DNA from: Phoronis australis | Lineage: Eukaryota > Animalia > Phoronida | Assembly: GCA_002633005.1 (NCBI GenBank) | Contig: NMRA01000042.1 | Location: 584,990-648,989 of the forward strand | Length of the DNA stretch: 64,000 bases | Reading direction: 5' to 3' | In this document: piece after piece, positions 1-12,500 of the stretch | Numbering within the stretch: the first letter of the stretch is position 1 | Layout of the letters: each line of letters begins with the position of its first letter | Notes under the pieces: model-generated | Seen by the model: the letters and a program-made list of their open reading frames with translations, nothing else | Databases searched by the model: none | What the model was told of the DNA's origin: nothing | Translations under genes and position numbers: made by a program

Positions 1-927
1 GTTAAGCTTATGCTTGCCAAGGAGTAGAGCTTATCGAGTAACATTCCTTCATAACATGCCTTTGGATCTGTCTGTGGGCAGGTGGAGATTACATGTACGT
101 CTCGACTGTTACTAGACGTTTCCCTTAATATGCCTACACACTGAATCTAAACTTGTTCTTTCATGATTGAAATTACAAAGTCACAGTGCTGTTAAGGAAT
201 ATTCGTTTTTTTCCGAAAGAAAATGACTCTATTGCATTTTGAAGATCGTTAAGCAAATGTTATATTATTTACGCATATTATTATTGTTATTTATGATATT
301 CTGATGGCTCGAACCCGCACAAACTCTTGTGTAAAAAGAGGCCTTACCGTTTTTTGCATCCGAATAACGCATTTTTAGGAATATTGCTGGATGAAAATAC
401 TTTTTGAAATGAATAATTTTGACCAAGGCAATGATATTCGTTTAAATCAAGCCTGAAACCACGTTCTTCTATTGGCCAAGTAACCCGGCTTTGTTCTAGG
501 CACCGCTCTGCTAGCCCCGCGCTCGCTACTGATGGTAATGCCTTGCGTGAACTTGGTCAGTCTCAACCTGGAATACGCGTGGAAACTTCATAAGTTCACT
601 CAAGTAATCACGTTCACGTTGACAAAAAATTGCCCTGCACTAAATCAAGTTACGTATGATCAAATGAAGCAAATTTTAACCGATCTTTTTTCAACTCAGT
701 ATTGGCGATTTTATTCACCAAAAATACTTTGCCATTCGCGTAAACGTCAGGTTATTTGCCACAATTTACGCTAAAGGAGAAAATGGGTGGCCATGAGGCC
801 AACTCTTGCCACTGAACAAAAAAATTCACCTGATTGCCCACTCCAAATGAATATTCAATTCCAAGGTCACGCACACGCGATCTTTAGTATGTATGCAGGT
901 GATTCCAAGTTCACACACAGCAGTAAT

Positions 928-1536
928 CTCGCTGGTTCCCTGCGTGCTTAGCCCCGCAGCCAGCACGCAGGTATCACTTAATTTTCCTCGGTAAATTTTT
1001 TTACACCGGCCGGGGCGTTTCTGATTGGCCGGGCTGGTCGAATTCTCAACAGGCAGCGCTTTACGCAAACAAACTGGCACGACTGACGGACTGAAGTGTA
1101 AATGTGGTCTGTAGTACAGACAAATCGGTGCTTAAAATTTATGTTCAGGAAATGTGAAGCCTAGAAATTGTGATTATGACTTTTCGGAATGCATCTTTCT
1201 ACTGTCGATGACTTTTGTTTACGATAGTGTCCTGTACTCATACAGTATGAATAACACACCGGTTAAATCGGCCAGATATGTGTTTATTGTACATATATGT
1301 GCTTCAAGCACGCACCTATTAAACAATATCACTGCAGAAACGAAATAGATGCTGCGGCGCCACTTGCATGACAAGGCTAAAAATCGTTCACAGTCCGCCA
1401 TTTTTTCACGGTGTTGTAAAGCTAACCAATGACTGCCGAGGTTACATCGACCAATGCTAAAGCGCGTGCCACTACGTGATACCTGCGTGCTGGCGCGGCT
1501 ACCGCCCCACCTAGCGGCACGCAGGGAACCAGCGAG
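928..1536. mobile_element. Non-autonomous TIR element with 9-bp TSD (Mutator/MULE-like MITE)
   Basis: TIR ctcgctggttccctgcgtgc / gcacgcagggaaccagcgag plus inner arm ccagcacgcaggtatcac; TSD agcagtaat at 919-927 and 1537-1545. Confidence 0.85.
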
Positions 1537-1698
1537 AGCAGTAATGTGGTTACTAACCGATAGGTGTCACACAACAAGTGACCTCTTCAGTTTTGAAAAT
1601 AAGATCTGTGCAGATGTTTTGAAAATCTTGCAAGCGCTGAAGGTTTTGTGGTGTGAAGAAATGTATGCTTTATGTTGAGGTAAGATCTACGCATTTTA

Positions 1699-1751
1699 TA
1701 GGTAATGACCATCGCCTCTTTCGGGCCAACAGAGGCGATGGTCATTGCCTA
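1699..1751. mobile_element. 53-bp internally deleted copy of the 2070-2982 family
   Basis: taggtaatgaccatcgcctct...agaggcgatggtcattgccta; TSD cgcatttta at 1690-1698 and 1752-1760. Confidence 0.85.
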
Positions 1752-2069
1752 CGCATTTTAGTGATGCTGATTGAATTGAATTGTGTGAAATATCGAGGTC
1801 ATGAAAATGTCGATAAAACTTCAGCAAAATCGAAGCATGTGAATGATTATTTATCAATGCATTTCATCCAATACAGTGGCACTGTGTCAGTGACCTAGAC
1901 TACGATCAGGTCTTGGAGCCTACTAAACCAAGGCCCCGCTATGCACGAAAAGTACTTAATATATAACAATAATCAGTGTGAGGCATAATTCGCCGAAAAG
2001 CTTCCGGCATATGTTATGAACCTCCTATAACATAACAGCTCTACAGTTCTCTACGTGCAGTCAAGATGG

Positions 2070-2982
2070 TAGGCAATGACCATCGCCTCTGTTGGCCCGA
2101 ACCAGAGGCTGTAGGCGCTCTGTACGCCGGAAGCTTTTTGGCGAATTATGCTTCGCACTGACTAAACCATCAAAGTCACGTTGTTATAAATACCTTTTGT
2201 GCATAGAGGAACACCTTTGTTCGATGTGTTTAAGTCCTTCCAACTCGAACAAATACTTCCATTATGAAACTTTTTCTTCGATCAGTCCCTATTTCAGTTC
2301 CCAAAATCGTGAAATCAAAATTTTCATTTTTTTTAACCAGGCTGAAGGTCAGAAGTTGCAATCCTAGCGGCGAACTTTGAAAGCTGAAGTTCCCGCCCTT
2401 TGTGTACGTGCTGCCGGGAACCAGCCGTGCATTTGCCATGTTGTTAATCATTAAAATGTCAAATATGTGCACAAAGACTATTAAATGTCATATCAACAAC
2501 ATTTATTTTTATCAAATACAAACAATAATTCATTGAAATACAAACAGTTTCAAGTAACGCCAATTAAAGACAAGTATAAGTGGTGGCATTTTGGAAACGA
2601 ACATTTGACTGACAAGACCGCAATGGCTCACCTTTGGCCCATTTAAAAATTGAGGTTATGAAGTCACATCACCTAGCGAGCGCGGTAAAAATTGGAGCGT
2701 GTGCAGTACAAAAATTTTGATTTCACGATTTTGGGAACTGAAATAGGGTCTGATCGAAGAAAAAGTTTCATAACGGGAGTATTTGTTCGAGTTGGATGGA
2801 CTTAAACACATCGACAACCTCCTAAGGTGTTCCTCTATGCTCAAAAGGTATTTATAACAACGTGACTTTGATGGTTTAGTGGGTGGGAGGCATAATTCGT
2901 CGAAAAGCTTCCGGCGTACAGAGCGCCTATAGCCTCTGCATCGCCTCTGGTTCGGACCAACAGAGGCGATGGTCATTGCCTA
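2070..2982. mobile_element. Long-TIR (~255 bp) non-autonomous element with 9-bp TSD (Mutator/foldback-like)
   Basis: Arms ~2070-2325 and ~2710-2982 are inverted copies; TSD tcaagatgg at 2061-2069 and 2983-2991. Confidence 0.92.
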
Positions 2983-3017
2983 TCAAGATGGTGGCATTGT
3001 CTATTGTCAACCTGGAT
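2983..3017 (+). promoter_or_regulatory. Putative non-coding first exon / TSS region of PAN2 with YY1-like motif
   Basis: caagatggtggc (YY1-like) at 2984-2995, then candidate donor gtgagg at 3018; acceptor at 3454 precedes the ATG exon, so an upstream exon is expected. Confidence 0.45.
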
Positions 3018-3252
3018 GTGAGGACTTGCAGTGCGACTGGTTCCCTGCCATTGTTGTTTACAAGCACTTCAGACTGTTTTGTATATATATGGAATAGATC
3101 ATGTGTACATCAGCTCGTAACACGCTTGACTGTTTTTTTGCCTTTCTTCAAATCTTATTCAGTTTGCCAGGTGGGAGTTATCGTGTAATGGTTGCAAGCA
3201 AATTGAACGTGAGAAAATGATGAGTAAACAAAGCCAGATCAGTTTAGTTGTT

Positions 3253-3345
3253 CTATGGTTGATTCGGTTATAGCAAACCTGGGTTACAACGGACATCTCC
3301 GTTACGTCCTGGGAAGTTTAATTGCTGTAACGAGGATCAACTGTA
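3253..3345. mobile_element. Small degenerate Tc1/mariner-type MITE
   Basis: Imperfect inverted ends tatggttgattcggttatagc / gctgtaacgaggatcaactgta. Confidence 0.4.
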
Positions 3346-3480
3346 TAATCAACAGATGTCTACAACATATCATCACACAAACAAAGTTACTAGTTGGAAA
3401 TTCACAGATGAGTGCACTTTACCCCTGCATCATTATTACTCATTACCTTTCCAGCTAAAGTGATGTGCTAATCTGAGGTC

Positions 3481-3544
3481 ATGAACTTCTCTCCTCCTGC
3501 TGTGTCAAGTGCACAGATGGACATGATGCATGCAGTGACACCTG
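3481..3544 (+). CDS. PAN2: PAN2 coding exon 1 ([21 protein letters not shown])
   Basis: ATG at 3481; acceptor tttccag ends 3454; donor gtgagt at 3545; phase 1 fits the next exon. Confidence 0.85.
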
Positions 3545-6500
3545 GTGAGTAGTGTGAGCATTAATGAACACAAGAGCCAAGAGTGGCTGTATTTATGAGT
3601 TTTAGGCACATAGTTCTTGACTTTGGATGATGTTAGTGTACTAGGCATATGGATCTGAATGCCATGTTTGATTTCTTTTATATCGAGCATGATGAATGAA
3701 TGTTTGCCGAGTGGTCACAGTTTTGGACCTGTCCCCTATGTCCAAAAGTTTGTTTAGAACAAATGATAATATTCAGAAATATGCGGATAAATGAATCAAA
3801 TTAAAAGTGCGGTGTGTGAAGTATTCTGCTATTAGTTTGCTACTAGTACTGCTTCTCTGTTGAATTGATATTGTCAGAATATGTGTCCTTTGTATTGGCA
3901 ACCTTTTAACCAATGGATTCCTTGTCACCCTAGATTATGGCGCCATCTATCCAGGCCAGCAAGATGCACTCACCATGCATGACATCCCTGCCATTGAGGG
4001 CGAGTATCAACCCATACATACTATACTGGTGGATGGTGGTAACCACTTTGGACTCTCCACACTACACTTTGATGACAAAGAGGAACTATTGTGGATGGGA
4101 AACCAGGGGGTAGGATTGACTGTCTAATAATGGACAGTTATTTTCTTGATAAGTTATTCAATGAAATGTCTATTTCTACATACTACCTGTTTTAGTTGAC
4201 CCGGAATGTGATTAACAGGTGGCTTTCCAAATGACTATTGAGTTAATATTCTTTTTGTTCTTTGACTTTTCCTTCATAATAGTTGGTAAAAAGCAAAAGG
4301 TAATATTCAAGATAAATACAAGAATATCACATGATATGTTTATTGTTCTTATAGTAGGATTTTGAACTAAAGACTTTGAAGCCCACAGCCCACTTGCTAA
4401 AGTGCACTTTGTATCTTGTGGTAACTGCTTGAAGCTTGCTGTAGGCTCAGTCAGTGTTGTGTGCACAATTTTAGTAGAAGTATCGCTTTTTGACACTTAT
4501 TTTACTTTTGTCAGGGTCACATCACTTCGTATTATGGACTGAACCTTCAGAAGTACACGTCTGTTCAGATCCACCAGCAGCACTATGATATACGCCAAAT
4601 GCTGTCACTAGAGGGCGGCGTGCTCTCTCTGATGAGAGACTGTCTGCAGATGACCTCGAGGATTGGTAGGAACACGATGACATACACAAGGTGAGTGATG
4701 GACAGAGTATGTCAGGCGCGTATTTTGTGACATTAGTGTGAAATTTGTTAAACTTTTTGTCATTGGCAGATGTAACAAATAGATGTTCATGCGTTTTGTC
4801 CAAGTCCTCAGAAACTTGTGACATGGAAGATCAATTTGTAGGTCATTCTTGTTTTCTAATGTAATTTATATACTGAACTAGACATCATTTTGCTCACAAT
4901 CTCGAAAAAAGTACTGTTCAGATTCTACATGCTACTAATGATTATGATTTCCTAGTGTCCGGTTTTGCGTCGTGTTTTTTGAGGAATTGTTGGAAATTTA
5001 GGTATTTTATCCTTATCATTTTCTGCCGTTTGCATTGACAGTCAGTCGCTTGTGGATATGCAGTCAATGCTTCAACATACAGACACTACATTACTGATGG
5101 GCGGACACCAGGACAAACTGATTGAGTTTGACATCACCAAGAAGGCGGAGCTACGTACAGTCAATGTTGACGAGTCTGGCTGTGCTGTCATGAGATGTAC
5201 CAATAGATTTGTGTTCACTGGGGATACAGCTGGAAAGGTAGTTGGTCATAACTGATTCTGCGTGTAACTTAAACGTTGTGATGACGTTTAAGACTTTGTA
5301 GTTTGGAGACTTAATCACTATTCTGTACCCCCATTTTGGAGACTTAATCACTATTCTGTACCCCCATTTTGGTTCATATGGATTCATATCAGGATGATGT
5401 CAAATGATCATCAGTTTTATCATTCTTCATGGGAACCATCTGTTGGTCTTTTGTCATTGCACAGTGATGAGACATGCACAGTCATAAGACATCTTCATGC
5501 TTGATTAAAAATGGCTGATGAATATTATTTAAACCGTTGATATGAATTCACAACCATTTAATATAATATTATAATATCAAATTATGCCACGAATTTATGG
5601 TCAGTTGGAAATGAATTCATAATTATAAAAACTTCTATTACAAATTGTTATCAACCAAAATTATCTGTGTAGTGGTGCATGAACTGGGGATAGTATCACT
5701 TTTATTATTACTTCATGGCATGAATGCTATGGCTCTTCTAATAAGCACTCTTCTGTTGCAGGTATCTCTGCGTGACCCCAGAACCCTCTCCCCTGAACAC
5801 ACGTTCACTGCACACACTGGGACTCTCTCCGATTTTGATGTGCATGGCAATCTGCTTGTTACCTGTGGCTTTGGAAGCAGGTCAGAGACATATTAATAAG
5901 TTTGACACTGGGCTCAGATCCAGGTTTTTTCCTGGAATTGTACACCATAAAATGCCCCCCCCCCCTCCCCGGTTGTCAACCCCAGTGCTGTAGTGGGGCG
6001 TAGGCCCACATAGGCGCAGCCAACCACCTTACCTTTTTTCGTTTTAACGTAGCGTCTACTTGCCGTAAGTGACGATGTATTTTGGGGCATAGTCTTGATA
6101 CAAGTCAGAGCTTATGGCATTAATGCGCTACGCTGACAACAGCATTGTTGCAGAACATTTCGCCTCGTGCGATTACCAGGCAAGCATGTATGCTCGCTGA
6201 GTAATGGATTTTTTTTATTAATATTTCAAGATAAAGAAACAGTAATGGTGTGACACCATGGGTGGATAAAGGGGGGGTGATGAAGGGCCCCGAGGACATA
6301 CCCCACGGGTGACTAAAAGTCGCTGCCAGCATATTGTTTCTTGGTGTTACACTTCTATTTTCCTTTATACTGTAATTGTGCTTGGGCCCCCTTCAGAGAT
6401 CACTTGGAATGCACACAGACCTTTGCCTTCGAATATGTGTGCTTGGACCCTCTTTCTCCGACATCCAAGATATGCCACTGCAGTAAATACCCACTCGTGA

Positions 6501-9500
6501 GTCAAAAATAGGCCTACATGGTTGTGAGTCAGGCTTTTGCAAGTTCAATGCACTTTTAAAATTCAGTGGTCAAGGCGATATGATGGGCTTTAGGTGTCTA
6601 CTTACCTCTAGTTTTTCTACTACAGCACTGGGTCAGACCCCATTGCCCGTGCCCGGATACCAGAAAGTTTACTAGAGACAGGGGAACATTGAGACAGTAT
6701 GGTTGAGCAGTCACTAGACTACCAGCCCGGTAGTGTGTCAACATTTAACCTAATTGTAGTCTTAGTGTCAACGACTACATTTCAGTGAATGTCTGGCAGA
6801 CAACAATGAGAATTGGCAATTTGTAGTAAAACTACTAAAAACAACACATTTTGTTACTTTATACCTCAGTCCTCTGGTCAAAGCTAATCTTTTAAAGATG
6901 TCTCTCCTGCCCAGCATTAATCCCAAAAATGCATTTATTTGACGTAAAACCAAAACGGGTAATAAAGAGCTTGGGCTACACCTTAAGTGCAAATGCGAAC
7001 AAGTCATGTAAGATTGGCGTTCTTTGCATACTGTGTCACAGTGTTGACTTGCATTTTCGCGTTTAGTTTTCTCGGGGGCGGTAAGAATGTGAAAGCAGCT
7101 GATTGCACATGAATGCTCAATATGAGTTTTAATTGCTGATTTATCATGAAAGATTGTTAAAGTTATGCAACTTTTTAATGTTTTAGAAAGTTTAGTCACC
7201 TAGGAGACGGTGTAGCTCGGTGCATATGGCTCACTCAGTTGAATATTTGAAATACCACCTAATGTTCTGATTTTTTACAGAAAAACCATGACACCATCAC
7301 TGTAATTGGGTGTTAATCGGTGAATTATATAGTACCAAAACGTCTCCATTTTGATAATATGTCATGGAAGCAAATCAGAAGAATGCTTTGAGTAAAACTA
7401 TTCAAAGCAAACAGTAGTTGTAAGATAGAGTGCGATTTTATGAATTAAACATGGAACCTGTTTCCTGCATTTTTACTCAGCATCACTTTTGATGTGAGAA
7501 AAAATAATTACTAAAAATTTTTATACCTGGGATGTTGATTGTTTTCACTGGTGTCAGAATATAATGTCATCTAGCCCGATCCTGAATTATTGCTGACTGA
7601 GCTGGAAACTGAACTCACGGGCAATATGTACATGACTTTTGTGCGATTTTCAAATTTGCAGTTTAAGGGTTGGCCAACCCTTATAAAGCTTTTACTGTTT
7701 CCTTGAGTCGTTGGTGGAAATGGAAACCAAGTACTATCATGGTAAGGAATATTATGAGACCAATCTTGTGAGGTACAGTTATCTGTGAGGTCACCTTCAT
7801 GTTTATGAGCTGAAAACCACGGGAAGATTAATGACAATGGCACCATAGATGAAATCCTCCAATTTTTGTGATTCTCTATGATTTTTTCAAGGTAACAGTG
7901 GTCGAATTGGAGAAGAATCAGAATTGAAGTGATGTAGTCTGGTGACACAAGATTCCTCTTACAGTTCAGGGTTACTTGCAGATTCGTTGAACCGATTTGA
8001 ACTTCCTCATGGACAGTGGCATATTTATCTTACATTTCAGGATGGGCAGTTTGTCTGTGGACCGTATTCTACAGGTATATGACATGAGAATGTTACGAGC
8101 AGTGGTACCAATACAGTCACCTATTGAACCTCAGTTCCTTCGATTCATTCCGTCATTTCTAAACAGGCTGATTATAGTTTCACAGGTAACTTGTTTGTAG
8201 CATCTTAGTCACACTAATGGAGTGTCCATTGCTGTTTGAATTTAAAGAACAGCACAGCACTAATGAAGCCAAAACCGCAAACTTCAAACTGGAAAAAATC
8301 TTGTTTATCTTCCAATTGAAGCAATTTTGAACTGCCTTCTGTGCATGGTCTTATGATGCATAATTACTAGGACCTCTATGTTGCTGTATTAAAAAAAATA
8401 AAACAATTGAAACAAATGGCTTTACTCCGAAGTAAACCAAGATCACACTGTAACGGACTTTAATCTTTGTGTCAAAAGTTGAGTGTAACAGTGATAGAGT
8501 GATTCTCATTAGTTAAAGCTATTATTTAAAAAATGGACAAGGTTGTAGACTTTCAAACAAATCATTGTGAATAATGAACGTAGAAAGTTAAATTCATATA
8601 TTAACTAATAGCCGTTCTAATAGTGAAGTGTTGCTATCATGAGGACTTCAACATTGTCAATGGCAGTTTGCTTTAATATTCTTGATTGACTGTCAGCAAC
8701 CTGATTGTTTGATTGTTTCCAGTATGGACAGTTCGTCGTCATGGACACGGGGTCATTGGCCCCGACCCCAGTGTTCTCCAATCAGATCATGACACATGGG
8801 TCAGCCATCACTTCCTTTGACATGTGTGCCTCCCATCACTGCCTGGCATTTGGTGATTCGTCTGGTTATCTCCATCTCTTCACTGATAACCCTGATGCCA
8901 AATTTAACCAATATTCACGAGAAACTGAATTTGCTGATCAGGTAGTGCTAAGTGACTGGAATTCAAGGTCACAAATTTCTTGTCCGTCTCAGTATAATTT
9001 TTTTTCTGCTGTAAAATCTTTAATTTGATATAATTGATTTTTTATTTTAAAAAATATTAACATGTAATACAGTACAAACCATAAGTATTCAGACAGCATT
9101 ACTCATAGTTCTCTGTCATGACGGTTGGGCAGAAGACTCGTTCATGGTCAAGTAGTCTTCTCTCATGACAGAATGATGAATTTACAGGAAATCAATTAGG
9201 TGACTAAGTCATTCTGTAATTAGAATTTCGCTACAATAATAGGTACAGTACAGCCACTGAATTATTAGACTTCGTCCGGGCTACCTCACGCCTAGCCAGA
9301 CCGGAGCTTAACTGGAATGCAGGTGTGACAGAAATCAGTCACGGTCGTCTCACGCTTACTCTTCGGGTAGCCCTCACGCTTACCTCCAGTTTAGTTAATG
9401 CTTACCTCATGCTTTCTTCCCGCCTTCCCTGCTTTTTGTATGCCTACAGTGTACATATACTTGTGTGTCTGCAATAAAGTTGATACTTTAGTTGTTACTA

Positions 9501-12500
9501 GTATACTTACTATTATAGTTACTATTAGTATTTCTTTAACTTGTAATATCATTAGTAGTAGCAGTAGTGGTAGTATTATTTGATAGTCTTCGCACTAGTC
9601 TTTTCTGCATGCATGCATGCTCGCATTTTACTGCCGTTTGTTAGATGATCTGGGCTTCTGGTTCATATTTCATAGCTCCTCTAGGCCTACGGTGTTTATC
9701 TAATTGCAAAGCTACTCATTATAATAAAACATAATCTAAACACGTATTCGTGTCACTTTCAGTGCTGTAAATTTTGCCTCCGTTGCTAGCGTATGTATAC
9801 ACGCATAACACAAACAATTCCTTAGTCGCAAAATTATTATTAAATTGTAAGCACTAACTTGAACGAAACAATGATGATATATTTAGTCGTAATATACTTG
9901 TTCAAGACAAATAAACCCTCTTGGTAGTGTGTCCGGACAAACCTAAATTAAATCTTAAATGGTGTCCTAGTCAAATAGCGTACTAGTCAAGATGATTCTA
10001 GTGATGAGAAATGCCACTCAAAATACGATACAGTATTTTGTTCGCTAAACAAGTGAGGATAGCAATTAAAGACTGTTCCAACTGTGGACAAGGCAGGGAA
10101 ACTCACGCCTAACTCAAGGTAAGCTCCGGGTACAGTCACGCTTAGGCTCACGCCAGCTGTCACGGTTGATTCACGCCTCACTCTCCGGTCTGTCTCCGGT
10201 TAAGCTCCGGTCTGGCTAGGCGTGAGGTAGCCCGGACGAAGTCTAATAATTCAGTGGCTGTACTGTATAACTAGTCATTTTTGCTGTGAATATCTTGGCT
10301 TGGTTAAATGGTAACTGTTGGTGCTTAACCACCAAATTCTTCATATTAAGAAAGTTCAACTGATACCTCATATAAGTTATTGATTGTGTAACGTATAATT
10401 TACTTTATCTCAACCAGAACTATGAAATGCTATGTTTCCAATTCTTTCGTCACCCCTCATTTTGCTTTGAACAGCTCAGAGTTGATTACTAATGTGCTAC
10501 CAGTTGGATTTAGTCAAATTTGAATAACGACTTTCCCAGGATACTACAGTGCCCTCTCTGCTTGAAGTGCAGTATTTACCCACTATGCTGTGCATTTGTG
10601 GAGCGCTTGAGTCACAGCTGTACACTGTTGCTGCTGCACTAATCACTTATTTTACATGAAATTTAGTTTGCAATTTGTCATTCTGATTTGAATAAAATTT
10701 TACTGTTGCACAGACAAAAAATTGATAGGTTGAGTTAGGCGTAATGGAACATTCTTCACTCGTCTCCAACCTTATATTTCAAAACTAGATCAACCAAAAG
10801 ATGCGATTTTCTACCTTGGCAAATAAAGAGCGATGATATTAGGATATGGGATCTGTCGTGCAAGTTAGTTTGTTTTTCTGTTTTTTTGCGAGTTAATAAT
10901 TGCTTTGCGAGAATTTCTCCATTTTACGATGGTGGCTATACAATGCAGATTATGCTCTAAGTTAGTAATATCTTAGCTTTCATTTTTTGTTGAGAAATTT
11001 GATTTAAAAAAATATTTTTTGATGGATTGGAGAAGCTTTGTTCCTGTATTCAAAGTGAGATCTCGGAATATCCTAATGTTTAGCTTTTGCAATTTTCAGC
11101 CTGAACACTATCCACCAATCAGTGTCACGGATGAGATTACTCCTTATTCCATTATCCCAACTTTTTACCCAAGCTCTGGAGGTTTGTCGTCTGATTGGCC
11201 AATGCATCTGAGAAAAAAGGTGTACAGGTTTGTCCTGTTTTCATCTAATAATTGAAATCTAAGTGCTTTTTGATTTAGATTTCATTCCACTCTAAAGCTG
11301 ACCTCACTTAAGTTTTACTCAGACTAAATGTGATTTCTGGGTTGGAAAGATGACGGGTCACTGTTTCGTGAGACCAACCTCAATGCATAACACAACCTTA
11401 TAAGTCACTGTCTTTTGAGACCACCCTCAATGCATGACACAACCCTCCATACAAGCCAACTTATCGAGTCTGTTCTTAAGCAATAATGAAAGGCCATCTA
11501 CTAACTTGAGTAAGGTACACGGGTAGAGATCACTTTTAGAATGAATTGTTCGAAGTCAAAAATCTTTTTGATGGAGGCCGGGTTTAAAGCAGGTGGTGCA
11601 AATATTCGTGCCTGCCATGCAGGGGTGGTGATTGAACACTTTACCAAGGACGACGGAGCACTTGCCCCGAAGCAGAATCCTTTCCACCTGTGGAGAACCC
11701 ATACCACTCTCTACAAAACACCAAGTACTGTTTGATATTTTCTAGATAGTGCCAAAGGTTTGTCACTTGTGGTGAATGTTTCACTTTCTGGTAGGTGTTA
11801 TGCAGTTTGTGGTAAGAGTGATAATACTCCGTCCATAAAATGGTGTTAAAGGATTGTGTGTATTGTGCATCAGGTCTTATCGTAATGGAACAGACTACAT
11901 TAGTTGTTTATGAAATGTAGTTTACCTAGTTATTTGTAATAACAATTTTTAAGTTAATTCATTAGAATTCCTTTAGCCATCTCATCCAAATGTCAGATCT
12001 TTGTTCCTTATATCAAGAGTACATAGAACTGTTCATCCTCCCAAGTCCCTTATTCTCCATCCTAGGTGTACCTTAACCTATTGAGGATCTCAATATCATT
12101 CAGAACACCCAAACCTCTTGATTTCAATGTCATGTTACATAATTAACTATTCCTGCTGATATGGATATCATTCCACCCTATTATTGTGTTGCTCAAATGA
12201 ATGCATGCTACATATTATTAAGTGCAGATTCTGATTCCATATGGAGAATGCCAGATGTATTTATCAGGGTACCACAAATTTCCAAACCAGTGTTACTGAT
12301 ATCATGTTGTATTGATCTGTATACTAGCAAATATTTAANTTGATATAATTGATTTTTAATTTTAAAAAATATAAACATGTAATACAGTACAAACCATAAG
12401 TATTCAGACAGCATTACTCATAGTTCTCTGTCATGACGGTTGGGCAGAAGACTCGTTCATGGTCAAGTAGTCTTCTCTCATGACTGAGAATGAAGATGGA

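Noticed and set aside
1-820. Upstream short ORF (532-774) or divergent gene
   Set aside because: No recognisable protein motif or convincing splice structure; probably repeat-derived, but termini could not be defined.
2092-2976. Two similar ORFs on opposite strands (2092-2367 +, 2656-2976 -)
   Set aside because: They are the two arms of the long TIR; no recognisable protein.
3901-3933. ATG at 3913 as PAN2 start; ccttttaac as a U12 branch point
   Set aside because: ATG 3913 hits TAG after 6 codons; the matching donor at 3545 is a U2-type gtgagt, not gtatcctt.
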